From Candidatus Saccharimonadota bacterium (lineage in GTDB: Bacteria; Patescibacteriota; Saccharimonadia; Saccharimonadales; Saccharimonadaceae): a stretch of DNA of 56,812 nucleotides. The DNA is taken from assembly GCA_017510805.1 (NCBI GenBank), contig JAFWMC010000063.1, forward strand, positions 1 through 56,812, given 5' to 3'. The translations under genes and the position numbers were made by a program. Below the pieces are notes generated by a model. That model saw nothing but the letters and a program-made list of their open reading frames with translations. It had not been told where the DNA came from and did no database searches. Shown here piece by piece: positions 38,900-47,677 of this stretch (the stretch's first letter is position 1; the number at the start of each line of letters is the position of its first letter).

Positions 38900-41047
38900 A
38901 TGGACAAAGTAAATCTATCTATTATCCTTACGATGCATAGTGAAGGTTTGCTCGCTCACAAAACTATGCGCAGTGTTTTTCAGGCTATTAAGCCACTTCA
39001 GTCCCACAAAATATCATACGAGATTATTATTCATGTAGATAATGGTACTCTAGATACACTTAAATATCTTAAGAGATACGCTACGGACAAAACCATCACA
39101 ATCTACAAAAACAGCTTTGGCGACCCAGGTAGTTCCAGAAATTTTGCCATAGAAAAGGCTAAAGGAGAATATATCTCTCTGCTTGACGGAGACGATTTGG
39201 TTTCGCCAAATTGGTTCATTGATTCTTATCAGCAGGCAAAAAATTCTTCATCTCCAATACTGGTTCATCCAGAAGCCAACCTTACATTTGGTCCTGACAT
39301 TAAAAGCCAAACACTTTGGGTGCAACACGATTCATTCAATAAGGCAACAGATGCAATTCTTTCGGTCTCAGTCAATCGCTGGATTTCCACCGTTACTGGC
39401 CTAAAACAGATATTTCTAGATCACCCATATTTTAAAATCGGTAAAGGTTTTGGCAACGAAGATTATTGGTTTAATACTGAAACGTTAGCAGACGACATTT
39501 GCCACAAAGTTGCTCCTCGCACAGTTCAATTTTATCGTCGCAAAAGGGAAGCATCTGTATTTACTGCCAATCTCCACAGCATCCAACCGTATTCTAAGCT
39601 ATTAGACATCAAGCAGTTTAATAGCCTAGAATATACTCCGCCAGATCCATCTACTACCGGCCAAAGCTTATATAACCATGGCAAGAATATCTACACAAAA
39701 CTCCGTCAAAACCATAAGCTAGACCGGCTTCTTACACCAATTGCCTATCGTACCGTCAACTACATTAAGCGTCACCAAAAATACAATATTCCCGATTATG
39801 TCATATCAGAATGGAAAGATGCTTCAAAAATTGAAAGTATGCTTTATCCTACGGAAGATCGGCTCCGCGCTCTAGTGAATTATGATTCAGATACCCATCT
39901 GTACATTGGCAATTTATATAAAGACCTAGTTAAAGACATAGATACTCTTCCGAACTACATATTCATCGTCCCCTGGGTAGTTGCTGGCGGCGCCGACAAA
40001 GTCCTTATCAACTACTTAAAGGCGTTCGCTGAAATTCACCCAAAGTGGAAGATTGCCGTTATCACCACCGAGCAGGCCGACAATAAATGGCAGTCTCACC
40101 TCCCAGAAAACACCTATTTTATAGATTATGGGAATGCCATTAAAAACCTTTCATATAAAGAAGACCGCGACATACTCTTCTCTCGTATCCTCGTCCAACT
40201 AAGGGCAAAGAAACTACACATTATTAATTCCGAATATGGCTACAATTGGATTTCTGATCATAAAGAATTCATAAAAGATAATCACTATATCGTTAATGTT
40301 TCACTATTTTGCCACGACATTATTCCAGGAACAAATGGGCAGGGCGTTTTTGACTATGCCAACCCATACTTATTAGATATCTACCCACTTGTTAATAATG
40401 TCTTTACGGACAATCAAGCAGTTATAGACAACGTAGTAAAACTTAACGGCTTTGATAGCTCAAAGTTTATAACTCAATATCAGCCTATAGATATAGATTT
40501 TCGTTCTCCGCACCAAAATGTGACCTCCTCAGATGGCAAATTCCATATTCTCTGGGCTTCACGCATAGCATCTCAAAAACATCCAGAGCTTCTTAAAGAA
40601 ATATCCCAAAAGATCAATCCGGCGAAATACCAAATTGATGTTTACGGTCGTCTTGATAGTGGCTATCGTAAAGATTTCTTTGATGATTGCCCAGCTATTA
40701 GCTATCATGGGGCATATAACGGCATCAATTCTCTTGATCTTGACCAGTTTGGAGTGTTCCTATATACCTCACTCATAGACGGTCTTCCAAATATTCTTTT
40801 AGAGATTGCCGCTCTTGGCCTTCCTATTATTTCTAGCGACGTTGGCGGCATTAAAGAATTTATCAAAAACGAAAAAACCGGAATACTTATTACTAATCAA
40901 GATAAACCAGATTTTTATATAAAGGCAATTCATCAAGCCAAAGAGCATCCAGAAACATTTTATCAATACGCTATTTCCGCTCAGAAGCTCCTTTTGAAGA
41001 AACACTCTTTTTCTGCATATCTAAAAAAGATAGCTGAGGATTTTTAA
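38900..41047 (+). CDS. Fused GT2 + GT4 glycosyltransferase (paralog 2)
   Basis: Start moved to ATG 38900, since TTGCTT-17-TATAAT ends 7 nt upstream and the N-terminus then aligns with paralog 1. Motifs LLDGDD, NEDY, GGADK, DGLPNILLE. Confidence 0.85.
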   Translation: MDKVNLSIILTMHSEGLLAHKTMRSVFQAIKPLQSHKISYEIIIHVDNGTLDTLKYLKRYATDKTITIYKNSFGDPGSSRNFAIEKAKGEYISLLDGDDLVSPNWFIDSYQQAKNSSSPILVHPEANLTFGPDIKSQTLWVQHDSFNKATDAILSVSVNRWISTVTGLKQIFLDHPYFKIGKGFGNEDYWFNTETLADDICHKVAPRTVQFYRRKREASVFTANLHSIQPYSKLLDIKQFNSLEYTPPDPSTTGQSLYNHGKNIYTKLRQNHKLDRLLTPIAYRTVNYIKRHQKYNIPDYVISEWKDASKIESMLYPTEDRLRALVNYDSDTHLYIGNLYKDLVKDIDTLPNYIFIVPWVVAGGADKVLINYLKAFAEIHPKWKIAVITTEQADNKWQSHLPENTYFIDYGNAIKNLSYKEDRDILFSRILVQLRAKKLHIINSEYGYNWISDHKEFIKDNHYIVNVSLFCHDIIPGTNGQGVFDYANPYLLDIYPLVNNVFTDNQAVIDNVVKLNGFDSSKFITQYQPIDIDFRSPHQNVTSSDGKFHILWASRIASQKHPELLKEISQKINPAKYQIDVYGRLDSGYRKDFFDDCPAISYHGAYNGINSLDLDQFGVFLYTSLIDGLPNILLEIAALGLPIISSDVGGIKEFIKNEKTGILITNQDKPDFYIKAIHQAKEHPETFYQYAISAQKLLLKKHSFSAYLKKIAEDF

Positions 41048-42199
41048 ATGGGTATTGCGGATAAACCAATTCTCCTCATCCGCAACATCCATCTTGATGC
41101 TTTTGGGGGTGCAGAAACTTATCAAATTTCTCTTGCCAAAGAGTTAAAAAAGCTCGGCCACACCCCTATTATCGTATCGTCTAGCAAGCCATTGCGTCGT
41201 GCCGCCAGACATCAGGGAATTAAAGCCATCCAGGGCTGTTATTTTCCACATCAAAACTGGAGCGGCTACCGTAATTTATTTCTACCGTTTTATTTTCTCT
41301 GGCAAATTGCCATATTTCTCTGGTATTTAATTACCATTTTACGTTTTCGCCCGCAAGCTCTTCACATCCAAAATCGCGATGATATGATTGCTGGCACTCT
41401 CGCTGGCAAAATTACCGGCACGCGCGTCATCTGGACCGACCATTCCGATTTACGACTCGTCATTTGGGAAAATATTGACAAAAAATACAAAAATCCTATC
41501 GGCAAAATTATCTTAAAACTCGCTAAATATCCTTACAAAATTACAACTATCAGCGATTACGAATATAATTATATTACCAAGCTTATCGCGCCCAAAAAAC
41601 TCAATAATTTTATCGTCATTAAAAATGGAGTCGAGGACCAACTTTCAAATTATCAAACCATCAAATCCACTCCACAAAGCATCTGCCATGTCGGCCGAAT
41701 TATCGATTACAAGGGCATCAAAGAGCTTATTGACGCTTTCAATCTTATTTCTCAAAAATACCCCAAGGCCGTTTTAAACCTTTATGGCGACGGCCCAGAT
41801 TTACCAATTTTTAGAGCTTACGCCGAAACAAACTCCAAAATCACCTTTCATGGCCACACGAGTGAGCCGCTTAAAGCTCTCGCTAGAAATCAAATTTTTG
41901 TCCTTGCCTCATACCACGAAGGTCTCAGTCTCGCTCTACTAGATGCCGCCATGATGCAAAAAGCCATTATTGCTACCAATATCGACGGCAATCCTGAAGT
42001 CGTCCTTAATCAAAAAACTGGCTTGCTTATCCAGCCAAAAGATGAAAAATCCCTAGCTAAAGCTTTGGAAATATTATTAGAAAGTCCCAAACTCGCCCAA
42101 AAGTATGCTGCCGCCGCCCGCAAATTATATCAACAACAATATGATTTTTCCACTATCGTGAAAAATAAAATGGAGCCACTTTATTATGAAAAAAGTTAA
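41048..42199 (+). CDS. GT4 glycosyltransferase
   Basis: GGAE, GR...YKG, GDG, EGLSLALLDA, G.PEV. Confidence 0.88.
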   Translation: MGIADKPILLIRNIHLDAFGGAETYQISLAKELKKLGHTPIIVSSSKPLRRAARHQGIKAIQGCYFPHQNWSGYRNLFLPFYFLWQIAIFLWYLITILRFRPQALHIQNRDDMIAGTLAGKITGTRVIWTDHSDLRLVIWENIDKKYKNPIGKIILKLAKYPYKITTISDYEYNYITKLIAPKKLNNFIVIKNGVEDQLSNYQTIKSTPQSICHVGRIIDYKGIKELIDAFNLISQKYPKAVLNLYGDGPDLPIFRAYAETNSKITFHGHTSEPLKALARNQIFVLASYHEGLSLALLDAAMMQKAIIATNIDGNPEVVLNQKTGLLIQPKDEKSLAKALEILLESPKLAQKYAAAARKLYQQQYDFSTIVKNKMEPLYYEKS

Positions 42200-43160
42200 A
42201 GTATCAATTATTGTTGCTGCTTATAATATCCAAGATTATATTTCCGCCTGCTTAGAATCTATCATCAAGCAGACCTATCATAATTTGGAAATTATCATTG
42301 TTGATGACGGCTCCACCGACAATACCCGTAAACTAATTCGTGAATTTGCCAAGCAAGACGAGCGCATTAAAATTATCCATCAAAAAAATGCTGGTCTTTC
42401 TGCCGCCAGAAATAGCGGCATTCTTGCTGCTACGTCCGAGTATATCTGTTTAATCGACGGTGACGATACAATCTCTCCAGATTATGTTACTAAATTATAC
42501 TCCCGTGCTTTCCATACTCAGGCGGACATTGCTGTTTGTGGCTATGAAACAATCTCCATGAATCACTCAGAATCTCATGTTACTTTTCACGAAGCCGAAG
42601 TCACTTCTGGCCATGATGCCACTCGCAACTTACTCTTAACTCAAGAAAATCTTGACATTGTTGCTTGGAATAAGATTTACAAACGTTCTGTCTTTATTGA
42701 TAATAATATTTTCTACCCCGTCAGCGACGTTCACGAGGATAATCTCACCACCTATAAATTATATGCCGCCGCTGGCAAGGTCGCTTATTTAATGGAACCG
42801 CTCTACCAATACTATCGTCGCGAAGGCAGCATTATGGATAAGACTACTACGCTTGCTCGCCTTAAATTAAAAGAGCGCTCTGCGGTGGAAGCCATTGACT
42901 ATTTTGCCAGGGAAGAGCCAGCCCTCCGTGCCGCCGCCAGAGTTTCGCTTTTGCTCGCTAAATTTGCGTACGTGGATGCATATCTTCGTGGCGAAATCCC
43001 AGAAGTTTATGCTAAAAAAGCTCTCAAATGGATTCGCTCCCACACCTCTGAATATTATCGCAATCGCGAACTCACCAGCAAACTCCGCGCCTACCTCTTT
43101 ATGGTTGGTTTCCCCAAAGCTTTTCCATATAAATTGCTAAGACGCATCTCGCATGAATGA
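42186..43160 (+). CDS. GT2 glycosyltransferase
   Basis: YN, Q.Y.NLEII.VDDGSTD, N.GLS.ARN.G, IDGDD, WNKIY, HED. Confidence 0.92.
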   Translation: MKKVKVSIIVAAYNIQDYISACLESIIKQTYHNLEIIIVDDGSTDNTRKLIREFAKQDERIKIIHQKNAGLSAARNSGILAATSEYICLIDGDDTISPDYVTKLYSRAFHTQADIAVCGYETISMNHSESHVTFHEAEVTSGHDATRNLLLTQENLDIVAWNKIYKRSVFIDNNIFYPVSDVHEDNLTTYKLYAAAGKVAYLMEPLYQYYRREGSIMDKTTTLARLKLKERSAVEAIDYFAREEPALRAAARVSLLLAKFAYVDAYLRGEIPEVYAKKALKWIRSHTSEYYRNRELTSKLRAYLFMVGFPKAFPYKLLRRISHE

Positions 43161-43165
43161 GCTAC

Positions 43166-43897
43166 TTAGTCCCATAACTTGAGATATGCATCCGCCACTT
43201 CATCTGGATCCCCCTCTTTGACAATTTTCCCCTGTTCAATCAAAATCGCCCGATCGCAGAATTTCCTTACATTCTCCATCGAATGCGTCACCAGCACCAC
43301 TGTCTGGTTTCCGTGTAACGATGCGAAATAATCATTACATTTTTGCTGGAATTCTGCATCACCCACCGCTAATACCTCATCTAAAATCAGAATATCACCT
43401 TTAGCTCGTATCGCAATCGAAAATGCTAATCTCACCTGCATCCCCGAAGAATAGTTTTTTAGTTTTTGTCCCATAAAATCTTCCAGTTCGGCAAACTTTA
43501 CGATTTCATCATACATCGCGTCCATTTCTTTATTGGAAAAGCCTAGTAGTGCGCCATTCAGATAAATGTTTTCTCGCCCGGTCAACTCCGGGTTAAACCC
43601 TACCCCCAGCTCAATAAATGGCACTAACGTCCCGTCTATCTCTACTTTGCCGCTATCTGGCACATAGATTCCTGCGAGAAGCTTTAACAGCGTAGATTTA
43701 CCCGAGCCGTTTCTGCCAATAATTCCTACAAATTCCCCCGGCTGTATCTCAAAACTAATCCCTTTCAAAACTTTCTGTTTTTTATAACCTTTAATGCCTT
43801 TTAAGTAATTAAAAATTGCCTGTTTTAGTCCTGCCGCCTTTTCATTTGGCAGATTAAAACTTTTATGTAGACCCGTAACTTTTATCGCCGACTTCAT
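43166..43897 (-). CDS. wzt: Polysaccharide ABC exporter ATPase (Wzt/RgpD-like, no C-terminal binding domain)
   Basis: GRNGSGKST, GFNPELTGREN, YSSGMQVRLAF, LDEVLAVGD. Confidence 0.92.
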   Translation of the reverse strand: MKSAIKVTGLHKSFNLPNEKAAGLKQAIFNYLKGIKGYKKQKVLKGISFEIQPGEFVGIIGRNGSGKSTLLKLLAGIYVPDSGKVEIDGTLVPFIELGVGFNPELTGRENIYLNGALLGFSNKEMDAMYDEIVKFAELEDFMGQKLKNYSSGMQVRLAFSIAIRAKGDILILDEVLAVGDAEFQQKCNDYFASLHGNQTVVLVTHSMENVRKFCDRAILIEQGKIVKEGDPDEVADAYLKLWD

Positions 43898-44713
43898 TTA
43901 CACCTCCTCTGCAAAATACTTAGATTTCTTTCTAAAATACAACGCTCCCACTACTAGAAGCACTACTATAATTATGATTGGCACTGCCTTCCACCAAATA
44001 TTATCAATGTAGTTCCAAGTCGTGACTGTTTCCTTGGTAATTAAATTATACCGTACATCTTGAATTACTTGTGAAATTGGATTTAAAAGTAGAATCTTTG
44101 CTGCCGTTGGGCTCATCGCTGCCGCCATTGAAATCGGATAAATAATCGGTGCTGTATAGAACAATGCTTGCGTCAAAACTTCCCAAATTGATGCCACATC
44201 ACGATACTTCACGTTAATTGCTCCCAGCAGGAACGATATTCCCAATGACAACGCATACAATTCCACGATAAACATCGGCACTATCAGCCAAGAGAGGCTT
44301 GGGCTTACCCCACTAATTAGTGCAAAGATCACCACTACTAAAATATTAATGCATAAATTAATTACTGCTGTTAAAGTAGAGGATACTACTACAATATATT
44401 TTGGAAAACTCACTTTTCGGATTAAATCTCCTCGCATTACCATTGCCTGAATACCTTGTCCTGTACATTCTGAGAAGAAACTCCATAATACTGTACCAGT
44501 CAATAAATATACTGGATAATGCGGTATATCATCACCAAATTTCAAAATCTGCGAAAATACCACGTAAAGAATCGCAAACATCAACAGTGGTCTTAAAATT
44601 GCCCACAGATACCCCAGTACTGACCCCTGATACCGCAACTTAAAATCGGTTTTTGTCAGCTCCTTCAAGAGGATCATATTTTTACGATCCCATACTCTCG
44701 GAATTTTCACCAT
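43898..44713 (-). CDS. wzm: Polysaccharide ABC exporter permease (Wzm/RgpC-like)
   Basis: DFKLRYQGSVLGYLW..L.PL, YRD, FY..PI.YP, LNP, F.EEV. Confidence 0.92.
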   Translation of the reverse strand: MVKIPRVWDRKNMILLKELTKTDFKLRYQGSVLGYLWAILRPLLMFAILYVVFSQILKFGDDIPHYPVYLLTGTVLWSFFSECTGQGIQAMVMRGDLIRKVSFPKYIVVVSSTLTAVINLCINILVVVIFALISGVSPSLSWLIVPMFIVELYALSLGISFLLGAINVKYRDVASIWEVLTQALFYTAPIIYPISMAAAMSPTAAKILLLNPISQVIQDVRYNLITKETVTTWNYIDNIWWKAVPIIIIVVLLVVGALYFRKKSKYFAEEV

Positions 44714-44719
44714 GTACCA

Positions 44720-44752
44720 ATTATACCATATTCACCAGTTGTTTGGTATAAT
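44720..44752. promoter_or_regulatory. Divergent extended -10 pair (wzm / GT2)
   Basis: ATTATACCA...TGGTATAAT, i.e. TGgTATAAT on both strands. Confidence 0.65.
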
Positions 44753-44761
44753 ATAAGTAAT

Positions 44762-45664
44762 ATGAAAAAGCCTCTTATCTCTGTAATTATTCCCGTTTAC
44801 AACACTGGCCATAAAGCCAGCAAACTAATTAAATTTTTATTAGCAGGGAAGTATGAAAATCTTGAGATAATTGCCATAGATGATGGTTCAAAAGATGACA
44901 GTTTTAAGATTTTAAAATCCATCAAAAGCCCCAAACTTAAAATCTTCCAAAAAGACAATGGTGGTGCTGCCTCTGCTAGGAACTATGGTATTCAAAAGGC
45001 TACCGGTGAATACATCTCTTTTATTGATTCGGACGATTTTATCAAAGAAGATTTTCTACCCCAGTTAGTAGCTGCCATTTCCAAGAAAGATGTTTCTCTC
45101 GCCATGACCGGTGTAGAATATTATCGTGTTAAAGATAATATTAGTTTTTCTGCCTATCCCAATCCTCAGCCTCCTCGTCAAAAAGGGGAATCATACAAAG
45201 CCTACATACTTCGCTTAATGAGTATTGATGGTCGCCTCTATTCCGTTACCAATAAAATCTTTCGCGCTAGTATTATTAAAAAACATCACCTTACGTTTGA
45301 TATTTCCATGGATTTTGCAGAAGATACCAAATTCGTTCTGGAGTATTTAGCGGTCGCCACTGGCAAAATTATTTGGTTGCCCGAGAATCTTTTCATTTAT
45401 AATTATGGCACGACCACCTCTACTGTTACTAAGTCTTCTCTAAATTGGGCTAATTGGCAAAAAAGTTACGATTTTCTTAATACTTGGCTTGGCCCAGACC
45501 CCAGCAGGTCAGAACAGAAAAACCTCAAAAAAGTTCTCCTCCGCTGGAAAATCTCTCACAAACTCGCCGTCGCTCGCGCTAACCTTCCTCTCCATCAAAA
45601 ACTCAAATATATTAATCTGCCACAATTGATACTTGCAAAAATCGCAGTACTATTTAGAAGGTAA
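44762..45664 (+). CDS. GT2 glycosyltransferase
   Basis: ISVIIPVYN, IDDGSKD, NGG...ARN.G, FIDSDD, AED. Confidence 0.9.
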   Translation: MKKPLISVIIPVYNTGHKASKLIKFLLAGKYENLEIIAIDDGSKDDSFKILKSIKSPKLKIFQKDNGGAASARNYGIQKATGEYISFIDSDDFIKEDFLPQLVAAISKKDVSLAMTGVEYYRVKDNISFSAYPNPQPPRQKGESYKAYILRLMSIDGRLYSVTNKIFRASIIKKHHLTFDISMDFAEDTKFVLEYLAVATGKIIWLPENLFIYNYGTTTSTVTKSSLNWANWQKSYDFLNTWLGPDPSRSEQKNLKKVLLRWKISHKLAVARANLPLHQKLKYINLPQLILAKIAVLFRR

Positions 45665-45667
45665 AAT

Positions 45668-46678
45668 CTAAACATCACTATGGCTATCTAAGTAATTCAG
45701 CGTATCTCTCATTGCGTCATCAATCGTCAGCTCAGTCTTCCATCCCAGCTCTCGCTCGGCCTTTCCTGGATTCGCCCACATCGCCGCTAAATCCCCAGCA
45801 CGTCTACCCACAATTTTGTAAGGCAATTTTTTGCCACTTGCCTTATCAAATGCCGCAATCATCTCTAGCACCGAAGTCCCCTTGCCAGAACCGAGATTAT
45901 ATATCTCCACCCCTGGCTTCAGTCCCCTAATTGCCGCGATATGTCCCTTTGCTAAATCTATCACATGGATATAATCGCGGATACATGTCCCGTCCGGCGT
46001 GTCGTAATCATCGCCAAAGACAGATAATTCTGGAATCTCGCCAGTTGCCACTTTCATCACGATTGGCATCAAGTTGTTTGGCTTATCGTTTGGATCCTCG
46101 CCCAGCAGCCCAGATGGGTGTGCTCCGACCGGGTTAAAGTATCGTAACAATACTACTTCAAATTCCGGATCTGCCAAAGCCACATCTTTCATAATTTGCT
46201 CAATCATCGCTTTTGTCCAGCCGTAAGGATTTGTCACGCCTACGCCAGTCGTCATTTCTTCGTTTAGTTCTTCCACTCCCTGGTCGCCATATACTGTCGC
46301 CGACGACGAAAAAATAATTTTCTTTGTCCCATGCTCCTTCATGCACTTCAATAGGTTAATCGTTCCTGTCACATTGTTCTCATAATATCGCAGTGGCTGT
46401 TCTACTGATTCGCCCACTGCCTTCAGACCAGCAAAATGTATCACCGCATCATAGGTATTTTCCGCAAACACCTTCTCCATTGCCGGCATATCTAGCATAT
46501 CAACTTTATAAAACTTCGGCTTTACACCTGTCAATTTTTCAATTTTGTCTAGTACGGTAATTTTGCTATTAAATAAATTGTCCAATATCTCCACCTCGTA
46601 TCCTTGCTGGATCAATTCTACTACTGTGTGCGATCCGATATATCCCGTTCCCCCTGTTACTAAAATTTTCTCACTCAT
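45668..46678 (-). CDS. galE: UDP-glucose 4-epimerase
   Basis: TGGTGYIGSH, HFAGLKAVGES, FSSSATVYG, YGWTK, RYFNPVGAH, RDYIHV. Confidence 0.96.
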   Translation of the reverse strand: MSEKILVTGGTGYIGSHTVVELIQQGYEVEILDNLFNSKITVLDKIEKLTGVKPKFYKVDMLDMPAMEKVFAENTYDAVIHFAGLKAVGESVEQPLRYYENNVTGTINLLKCMKEHGTKKIIFSSSATVYGDQGVEELNEEMTTGVGVTNPYGWTKAMIEQIMKDVALADPEFEVVLLRYFNPVGAHPSGLLGEDPNDKPNNLMPIVMKVATGEIPELSVFGDDYDTPDGTCIRDYIHVIDLAKGHIAAIRGLKPGVEIYNLGSGKGTSVLEMIAAFDKASGKKLPYKIVGRRAGDLAAMWANPGKAERELGWKTELTIDDAMRDTLNYLDSHSDV

Positions 46679-46684
46679 ATTTTG

Positions 46685-46704
46685 ATTATATCATATGTTA
46701 TAAT
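46685..46704. promoter_or_regulatory. Back-to-back extended -10 elements (galE / GT2)
   Basis: ATTATATCATATGTTATAAT; each TATAAT ends 6 nt before its ATG. Confidence 0.7.
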
Positions 46705-46710
46705 AGAAAC

Positions 46711-47649
46711 ATGAAGAAGGGAAATATTGCGGTTTTAATACCTTGCTATAACGAAAGCAAGACTATCTCTAAAGTCATCAAAGATTTCAAAAAAGCGTTG
46801 CCTAACGCAAGCATCTATGTCTACGACAATAATTCTACTGATAATTCTGTAGAGCTTGCTAAAAAAGCTGGTGCTATTGTACGTCACGAATATCGTCAGG
46901 GCAAAGGTAATGTTATCCGCTCAATGTTCCGCGAGATAGATGCCGATTGCTATATTATGGTTGATGCCGACGATACTTACGAAGCAAAAAATTCCGAAGC
47001 AATGGCGCAGCTCATCTTGGAAGGTAAAGCCGATATGGTTATCGGCGATCGTCTATCTAGCACCTACTTCACCGAAAACAAGCGCTTCGGTCATAATTTT
47101 GGCAATCGCTTAGTTCGTTTTTTAATTAACAAGTTATTTAAAAATCGCATCAAAGACATCATGACAGGCTACCGCGCTTTTTCTTACGATTTTGTCAAAT
47201 CTTTCCCAATTTTATCTGAAGGTTTTGAGATAGAAACCGAGATGACGATTTTTGCCGTCGACCGCAATTTTAAAATTTCCGAGATTCCTATAGAATATCG
47301 CGACCGCCCTGCTGGCAGCGAGTCCAAATTAAACACCTATAGCGACGGCCTCAAGGTCCTCAAGACTATCACCGTTCTCTTTGAAGAGTATAAGCCTGCC
47401 GCTTTTTTCAATATTATTTCGTCAATTCTGTTACTTATCTCGCTTATAGTCGGTCTTCCTGTCGTTTTTGAATACTTTGAGACTGGCCTTGTCCCCAGAT
47501 TTCCTACGCTGATTGTTTCTGGTTTTCTCTTAATTGCCGCACTACTATTATTCGTTACCGGTACCATTCTTCAAGTCATCGTCAAGAAAGATCGTCAATC
47601 TTTTGAAAATTATCTAAATCTCATTACAAATTTCAAATCTAGTGTATAA
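46711..47649 (+). CDS. GT2 polyprenol-phosphate glycosyltransferase (DPM1/GtrB-like)
   Basis: IPCYNE, YDNNSTD, QGKG, VDADDTY, GFEIETE, SKL.T..DG; two C-terminal TMs. Confidence 0.88.
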   Translation: MKKGNIAVLIPCYNESKTISKVIKDFKKALPNASIYVYDNNSTDNSVELAKKAGAIVRHEYRQGKGNVIRSMFREIDADCYIMVDADDTYEAKNSEAMAQLILEGKADMVIGDRLSSTYFTENKRFGHNFGNRLVRFLINKLFKNRIKDIMTGYRAFSYDFVKSFPILSEGFEIETEMTIFAVDRNFKISEIPIEYRDRPAGSESKLNTYSDGLKVLKTITVLFEEYKPAAFFNIISSILLLISLIVGLPVVFEYFETGLVPRFPTLIVSGFLLIAALLLFVTGTILQVIVKKDRQSFENYLNLITNFKSSV

Positions 47650-47677
47650 TAAAGATATATAACCGGAGGAAATTAAA

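Noticed and set aside
47650-47677. Possible glmS ribozyme upstream of glmS
   Set aside because: The intergenic space is only 28 nt and holds a promoter end and SD, leaving no room for the ribozyme.
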